DNA from: Eledone cirrhosa
Taxonomy: Eukaryota
DNA: 64,000 bases
NCBI GenBank assembly: GCA_964016885.1
Contig: OZ024748.1
Coordinates: 39,990,001-40,054,000, forward strand
Direction: 5' to 3'
Part shown: piece after piece, positions 55,277 to 64,000 of the stretch
How the letters are laid out: each line of letters opens with the position of its first letter
Numbering within the stretch: position 1 is the stretch's first letter
Translations under genes and position numbers: made by a program
Notes under the pieces: generated by a model
Database searches by the model: none
Seen by the model: only the letters and a program-made list of their open reading frames with translations
What the model was told of the DNA's origin: nothing

Positions 55277-58200
55277 ATGAAAGACACTGTCTATGTCATT
55301 AACCCTTTCATTACCATATTTCTAATGAAAGACACTGTCTATTTCATTAACCCTTTCATTACCATATTTCTAATGAAAGACACTGTCTATTTCATTAACC
55401 CTTTCATTACCATATTTCTAATGAAAGACACTGTCTATTTCATTAACCCTTTCATTACCATATTTCTAATGAAAGACACTGTCTATTTCATTAACCCTTT
55501 CATTACCATATTTCTAATGAAAGACACTGTCTATTTCATTAACCCTTTCATTACCATATTTCTAATGAAAGACACTGTCTATTTCATTAACCTTTTCATT
55601 ACCATATTTCTAATGAAAGACACTGTCTATGTCATTAACCCTTTCATTACCATATTTCTAATGAAAGACACTGCCAATGTCATTAACTTTTTCATTACCA
55701 TATTTCTGACACTGTCTATGTCATTAACCCTTTCATTACCATATTTCTAATGAAAGACACTGTCTATGTCATTAACCCTGTCATTACCATGTTTCTAATG
55801 AAAGACACTGCCGATGTCATTAACACATTCATTACCATATTTCTGACACTGTCTATTTCATTAACCCTTTCATTACCATATTTCTAATGAAAGACACTGT
55901 CTATGTCATTAACCCTTTCATTACCATATTTCTAATGAAAGATACTGTCTATGTCATTGACCATTTCATTACCATATTTCTAATGAAAGACATTGTCTAT
56001 GTCAATAACACATTCATTACCATATTTCTAATGAAAGACACTGCCTATGTCATTAACACTTTCATTACCATATTTCTAATGTAAGACACTGTCTGTCATT
56101 AACCCTATCATTACTATATTTCTGATGAAAGACACTGCCTATGTCATTAACCCTTTCATTACCATATTTCTAATGAAAGACACTGTCTATGTCATTAACC
56201 CTTTCATTACCATATTTCTAATGAAAGACACTGTCTATGTCATTAACCCTTTATTATCATATTTCTAATGAAAGACACTGTCTATGTCATTAACCCTTTA
56301 TTATCATATTTCTAATGAAAGACACTGTCTATGTCATTAACCCTTTCATTAACATATTTCTCACAAAAGACTCTGCCTATGTCCATATTACCATATTTCT
56401 AATGAAAGACACTGTCTATGTCATTAACTCTTTCATTACTATATTTCTAATGAAAGACACTGTCTATTTCATTAACCCTTTCATTACCATATTTCTAATG
56501 AAAGACACTGCCAATGTCATTAACTTTTTCATTACCATATTTCTGACACTGTCTATGTCATTAACCCTTTAATTATCATATGTCTAATAAAAGACACTGT
56601 TTATGTCATTAACCCTTTCATTACCATATTTCTAATGAAAGACACTGTCTATTTCATTAACCCTTTCATTACCATATTTCTAATGAAAGACACTGTCTAT
56701 TTCATTAACCCTTTCATTACTATATTTCTAATGAAAGACAATGTCTATTTCATTAACCCTTTCATTACCATATTTGTAATGAAAGACACTGTCTATTTCA
56801 TTAACCCTTTCATTACCATATTTCTAATGAAAGACACTATTTATGTCATTAACTCTTTCATTACCATATTTCTAATGAAAGACACTGTCTATTTCATTAA
56901 CCCTTTCATTACCATATTTCTAATGAAAGACACTGCCAATGTCATTAACTTTTTCATTACCATATTTCTGACACTGTCTATGTCATTAACCCTTTCATTA
57001 TCATATTTCTAATAAAAGACACTGTTTATGTCATTAACCCTTTCATTACCATGTTTCTAATGAAAACACTGTCTATGTCATTAACCATTTCATTACCATA
57101 TTTCTAATGAAAGTCACTGTCTATCTCATTAACCCTTTCATTACCATATTTCTAATGAAAGACACTGTCTATGTCATTAACCCTTTCATTACCATATTTC
57201 TAATGAAAGACACTGTCTATGTCATTAACCCTTTCATTACCATATTTCTAATAAAAGTCACTGTCTATATCATTAACCCTTTCATTACCATATTTCTAAT
57301 GAAAGACACTGTCTATATCATTAACCCTTTCATTACCATATTTCTAATGAAAGACACTGTCTATGCAATTAACCCTTTCATTAACATATTTCTCACAAAA
57401 GCCACTGTTTATGTCATTGACCATTTCATTACCATATTTCTAATGAAAGACATTGTCTATGTCAATAACACATTCATTACCATATTTCTAATGAAAGATA
57501 CTGCCTATGTCATTAACCCTTTCATTACCATATTTCTAATGAAAGACACTGTCTATGTCATTTACCCTTTATTATCATATTTCTAATGAAAGACACTGTC
57601 TATGTCATTAACCCTTTATTATCATATTTCTAATGAAAGACACTGTCTATGTCATTAACCCTTTTATTAACATATTTCTCACAAAATACACTGCCTATGT
57701 CCATATTACCATATTTGTAATGAAAGACACTGTCTATGTCATTAACTCTTTCATTACCATATTTCTAATGAAAGACACTGTCTATTTCATTAACCCATTC
57801 ATTACCATATTTCTAATGAAAGACACTGCCAATGTCATTAACTTTTTCATTACCATATTTCTGACACTGTCTATGTCATTAACCCTTTCATTATCATATT
57901 TCTAATAAAAGACACTGTTTATTTTATTAACCCTATCATTACCATATTTCTAATGAAAGACACTGTCTATGTCATTAACCCTTTCATTACCATATTTCTA
58001 ATGAAAGACACTGTCTATTTCATTAACCCTTTCATTACCATATTTCTAATGAAAGACACTGTCTATTTCATTAACCCTTTCATTACCATATTTCTAATGA
58101 AAGACACTGTCTATTTCATTAACCCTTTCATTACCATATTTCTAATGAAAGACACTGTCTATTTCATTAACCTTTTCATTACCATATTTCTAATGAAAGA

Positions 58201-61200
58201 CACTGTCTATGTCATTAACCCTTTCATTACCATATTTCTAATGAAAGACACTGCCAATGTCATTAACTTTTTCATTACCATATTTCTGACACTGTCTATG
58301 TCATTAACCCTTTCATTACCATATTTCTAATGAAAGACACTGTCTATGTCATTAACCCTGTCATTACCATGTTTCTAATGAAAGACACTGCCGATGTCAT
58401 TAACACATTCATTACCATATTTCTGACACTGTCTATTTCATTAACCCTTTCATTACCATATTTCTAATGAAAGACAATGTCTATGTCATTAACCCTTTCA
58501 TTACCATATTTCTAATGAAAGTCACTGTCTATGTCATTAACCCTTTCATTACCATATTTCTAATGAAAGATACTGTCTATGTCATTGACCATTTCATTAC
58601 CATATTTCTAATGAAAGACATTGTCTATGTCAATAACACATTCATTACCATATTTCTAATGAAAGACACTGCCTATGTCATTAACACTTTCATTACCATA
58701 TTTCTAATGTAAGACACTGTCTGTCATTAACCCTATCATTACTATATTTCTGATGAAAGACACTGCCTATGTCATTAACCCTTTCATTACCATATTTCTA
58801 ATGAAAGACACTGTCTATGTCATTAACCCTTTATTATCATATTTCTAATGAAAGACACTGTCTATGTCATTAACCCTTTATTATCATATTTCTAATGAAA
58901 GACACTGTCTATGTCATTAACCCTTTCATTAACATATTTCTCACAAAAGACACTGCCTATGTCCATATTACCATATTTCTAATGAAAGACACTGTCTATG
59001 TCATTAACTCTTTCATTACTATATTTCTAATGAAAGACACTGTCTATTTAATTAACCCTTTCATTACCATATTTCTAATGAAAGACACTGCCAATGTCAT
59101 TAACTTTTTCATTACCATATTTCTGACACTGTCTATGTCATTAACCCTTTAATTATCATATGTCTAATAAAAGACACTGTTTATGTCATTAACCCTTTCA
59201 TTACCATATTTCTAATGAAAGACACTGTCTATTTCCTTAACCCTTTCATTACCATATTTCTAATGAAAGACACTGTCTATTTCATTAACCCTTTCATTAC
59301 TATATTTCTAATGAAAGACAATGTCTATTTCATTAACCCTTTCATTACCATATTTGTAATGAAAGACACTGTCTATTTCATTAACCCTTTCATTACCATA
59401 TTTCTAATGAAAGACACTATTTATGTCATTAACTCTTTCATTACCATATTTCTAATGAAAGACACTGTCTATTTCATTAACCCTTTCATTACCATATTTC
59501 TAATGAAAGACACTGCCAATGTCATTAACTTTTTCATTACCATATTTCTGACACTGTCTATGTCATTAACCCTTTCATTATCATATTTCTAATAAAAGAC
59601 ACTGTTTATGTCATTAACCCTTTCATTACCATGTTTCTAATGAAAACACTGTCTATGTCATTAACCATTTCATTACCATATTTCTAATGAAAGTCACTGT
59701 CTATCTCATTAACCCTTTCATTACCATATTTCTAATGAAAGACACTGTCTATGTCATTAACCCTTTCATTACCATATTTCTAATAAAAGTCACTGTCTAT
59801 ATCATTAACCCTTTCATTACCATATTTCTAATTATAGACACTGTCTATATCATTAACCCTTTCATTACCATATTTCTAATGAAAGACACTGTCTATGCAA
59901 TTAACCCTTTCATTAACATATTTCTCACAAAAGCCACTGTTTATGTCATTGACCATTTCATTACCATATTTCTAATGAAAGACATTGTCTATGTCAATAA
60001 CACATTCATTACCATATTTCTAATGAAAGACACTGCCTATGTCATTAACCCTTTCATTACCATATTTCTAATGAAAGACACTGTCTATGTCATTTACCCT
60101 TTATTATCATATTTCTAATGAAAGACACTGTCTATGTCATTAACCCTTTATTATCATATTTCTAATGAAAGACACTGTCTATGTCATTAACCCTTTTATT
60201 AACATATTTCTCACAAAATACACTGCCTATGTCCATATTACCATATTTGTAATGAAAGACACTGTCTATGTCATTAACTCTTTCATTACCATATTTCTAA
60301 TGAAAGACACTGTCTATTTCATTAACCCTTTCATTACCATATTTCTAATGAAAGACACTGCCAATGTCATTAACTTTTTCATTACCATATTTCTGACACT
60401 GTCTATGTCATTAACCCTTTCATTATCATATTTCTAATAAAAGACACTGTTTATTTTATTAACCCTATCATTACCATATTTCTAATGAAAGACACTGTCT
60501 ATGTCATTAACCCTTTCATTACCATATTTCTAATGAAAGACACTGTCTATTTCATTAACCCTTTCATTACCATATTTCTAATGAAAGACACTGTCTATGT
60601 CATTAACCCTTTCATTACCATATTTCTAATGAAAGACACTGTCTATTTCATTAACCCTTTCATTACCATATTTCTAATGAAAGACACTGTCTATTTCATT
60701 AACCCTTTCATTACCATATTTCTAATGAAAGACACTGTCTATTTCATTAACCCTTTCATTACCATATTTCTAATGAAAGACACTGTCTATTTCATTAACC
60801 CTTTCATTACTATATTTCTAATGAAAGACAATGTCTATTTCATTAACCCTTTCATTACCATATTTGTAATGAAAGACACTGTCTATTTCATTAACCCTTT
60901 CATTACCATATTTCTAATGAAAGACACTATTTATGTCATTAACTCTTTCATTACCATATTTCTAATGAAAGACACTGTCTATTTCATTAACCCTTTCATT
61001 ACCATATTTCTAATGAAAGACACTGCCAATGTCATTAACTTTTTCATTACCATATTTCTGACACTGTCTATGTCATTGACCCTTTCATTATCATGTTTCT
61101 AATAAAAGACACTGTTTATGTCATTAACCCTTTCATTACCATGTTTCTAATGAAAACACTGTCTATGTCATTAACCATTTCATTACCATATTTCTAATGA

Positions 61201-64000
61201 AAGTCACTGTCTATCTCATTAACCCTTTCATTACCATATTTCTAATGAAAGACACTGTCTATGTCATTAACCCTTTCATTACCATATTTCTAATGAAAGA
61301 CACTGTCTATGTCATTAACCCTTTCATTACCATATTTCTAATAAAAGTCACTGTCTATATCATTAACCCTTTCATTACCATATTTCTAATGAAAGACACT
61401 GTCTATATCATTAACCCTTTCATTACCATATTTCTAATGAAAGACACTGTCTATGCAATTAACCCTTTCATTAACATATTTCTCACAAAAGCCACTGTTT
61501 ATGTCATTGACCATTTCATTACCATATTTCTAATGAAAGACATTGTCTATGTCAATAACACATTCATTACCATATTTCTAATGAAAGATACTGCCTATGT
61601 CATTAACCCTTTCATTACCATATTTCTAATGAAAGACACTGTCTATGTCATTTACCCTTTATTATCATATTTCTAATGAAAGACACTGTCTATGTCATTA
61701 ACCCTTTATTATCATATTTCTAATGAAAGACACTGTCTATGTCATTAACCCTTTTATTAACATATTTCTCACAAAATACACTGCCTATGTCCATATTACC
61801 ATATTTGTAATGAAAGACACTGTCTATGTTATTAACTCTTTCATTACCATATTTCTAATGAAAGACACTGTCTATTTCATTAACCCTTTCATTACCATAT
61901 TTCTAATGAAAGACACTGCCAATGTCATTAACTTTTTCATTACCATATTTCTGACACTGTCTATGTCATTAACCCTTTCATTATCATATTTCTAATAAAA
62001 GACACTGTTTATTTTATTAACCCTATCATTACCATATTTCTAATGAAAGACACTGTCTATGTCATTAACCCTTTCATTACCATATTTCTAATGAAAGACA
62101 CTGTCTATTTCATTAACCCTTTCATTACCATATTTCTAATGAAAGACACTGTCTATTTCATTAACCCTTTCATTACCATATTTCTAATGAAAGACACTGT
62201 CTATTTCATTAACCCTTTCATTACCATATTTCTAATGAAAGACACTGTCTATTTCATTAACCTTTTCATTACCATATTTCTAATGAAAGACACTGTCTAT
62301 GTCATTAACCCTTTCATTACCATATTTCTAATGAAAGACACTGCCAATGTCATTAACTTTTTCATTACCATATTTCTGACACTGTCTATGTCATTAACCC
62401 TTTCATTACCATATTTCTAATGAAAGACACTGTCTATGTCATTAACCCTGTCATTACCATGTTTCTAATGAAAGACACTGCCGATGTCATTAACACATTC
62501 ATTACCATATTTCTGACACTGTCTATTTCGTTAACCCTTTCATTACCATATTTCTAATGAAAGACACTGTCTATGTCATTAACCCTTTCATTACCATATT
62601 TCTAATGAAAGTCACTGTCTATGTCATTAACCCTTTCATTACCATATTTTTAATGAAAGATACTGTCTATGTCATTGACCATTTCATTACCATATTTCTA
62701 ATGAAAGACATTGTCTATGTCAATAACACATTCATTACCATATTTCTAATGAAAGACACTGCCTATGTCATTAACACTTTCATTACCATATTTCTAATGT
62801 AAGACACTGTCTGTCATTAACCCTATCATTACTATATTTCTGATGAAAGACACTGCCTATGTCATTAACCCTTTCATTACCATATTTCTAATGAAAGACA
62901 CTGTCTATGTCATTAACCCTTTATTATCATATTTCTAATGAAAGACACTGTCTATGTCATTAACCCTTTATTATCATATTTCTAATGAAAGACACTGTCT
63001 ATGTCATTAACCCTTTCATTAACATATTTCTCACAAAAGACTCTGCCTATGTCCATATTACCATATTTCTAATGAAAGACACTGTCTATGTCATTAACTC
63101 TTTCATTACTATATTTCTAATGAAAGACACTGTCTATTTCATTAACCCTTTCATTACCATATTTCTAATGAAAGACACTGCCAATGTCATTAACTTTTTC
63201 ATTACCATATTTCTGACACTGTCTATGTCATTAACCCTTTAATTATCATATGTCTAATAAAAGACACTGTTTATGTCATTAACCCTTTCATTACCATATT
63301 TCTAATGAAAGACACTGTCTATTTCATTAACCCTTTCATTACCATATTTCTAATGAAAGACACTGTCTATTTCATTAACCCTTTCATTACTATATTTCTA
63401 ATGAAAGACAATGTCTATTTCATTAACCCTTTCATTACCATATTTGTAATGAAAGACACTGTCTATTTCATTAACCCTTTCATTACCATATTTCTAATGA
63501 AAGACACTATTTATGTCATTAACTCTTTCATTACCATATTTCTAATGAAAGACACTGTCTATTTCATTAACCCTTTCATTACCATATTTCTAATGAAAGA
63601 CACTGCCAATGTCATTAACTTTTTCATTACCATATTTCTGACACTGTCTATGTCATTAACCCTTTCATTATCATATTTCTAATAAAAGACACTGTTTATG
63701 TCATTAACCCTTTCATTACCATGTTTCTAATGAAAACACTGTCTATGTCATTAACCATTTCATTACCATATTTCTAATGAAAGTCACTGTCTATCTCATT
63801 AACCCTTTCATTACCATATTTCTAATGAAAGACACTGTCTATGTCATTAACCCTTTCATTACCATATTTCTAATGAAAGACACTGTCTATGTCATTAACC
63901 CTTTCATTACCATATTTCTAATAAAAGTCACTGTCTATATCATTAACCCTTTCATTACCATATTTCTAATGAAAGACACTGTCTATATCATTAACCCTTT
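55277..64000. repeat. Higher-order repeats with 2580-bp and 4090-bp offsets
   Basis: 56315/58895, 56635/59215 and 57107/59687 differ by 2580. 57107/61197, 57633/61723, 57953/62043, 58467/62557, 58895/62985 and 59215/63305 differ by 4090. Marker CCCTTTAATTATC at ~56566, ~59146 and ~63236. Ends approximate. Confidence 0.85.

Larger units (their letters stand above)
38634..64000. repeat. 48-bp tandem satellite array, right part (extends beyond window end)
   Basis: Same monomer and orientation resume in register directly after the insertion (ACATATGTCTAATAAAAGACACTG) and continue to position 64000. Confidence 0.99.

Noticed and set aside
44-63682. The many + strand ORFs as protein-coding genes
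   Set aside because: All are translations of the same 16-codon satellite unit. Starts and stops are set by monomer indels, there are no unique domains, and frameshifting variants are propagated freely.
1-64000. CRISPR array or repeat-spacer cassette system
   Set aside because: There are no unique spacers; the entire 48 bp is repeated. No cas, recombinase or reverse transcriptase gene is present.

Overview
The whole 64 kb window is one head-to-tail, single-orientation tandem satellite array, most likely eukaryotic. It is built from an AT-rich (31% GC), CpG-free 48-bp monomer, consensus ATGAAAGACACTGTCTATGTCATTAACCCTTTCATTACCATATTTCTA, present in roughly 1,300-1,400 copies. Recurrent variant monomers (47, 46, 41, 39 and 36 bp) occur in fixed orders and form higher-order blocks that have been re-duplicated with irregular periods (about 1.5-5.9 kb, plus long-range copies). 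The only non-satellite sequence I found is a ~187-bp tRNA-derived SINE at about 38447-38633. It has A/B boxes and a central domain and 3' end that, from recall rather than a search, resemble octopus/cephalopod SINEs, and its pre-insertion empty sites are preserved at ~45661 and ~48729. The long list of ORFs is an artefact of a 48-bp (16-codon) unit lacking a stop in one frame. I see no protein-coding gene, CRISPR array or prokaryotic system, and no evidence of a new enzymatic system. The interesting content is structural: dyad symmetry in the monomer, a layered and roughly mirror-ordered expansion history, and a lone SINE at the boundary between two satellite sublineages.
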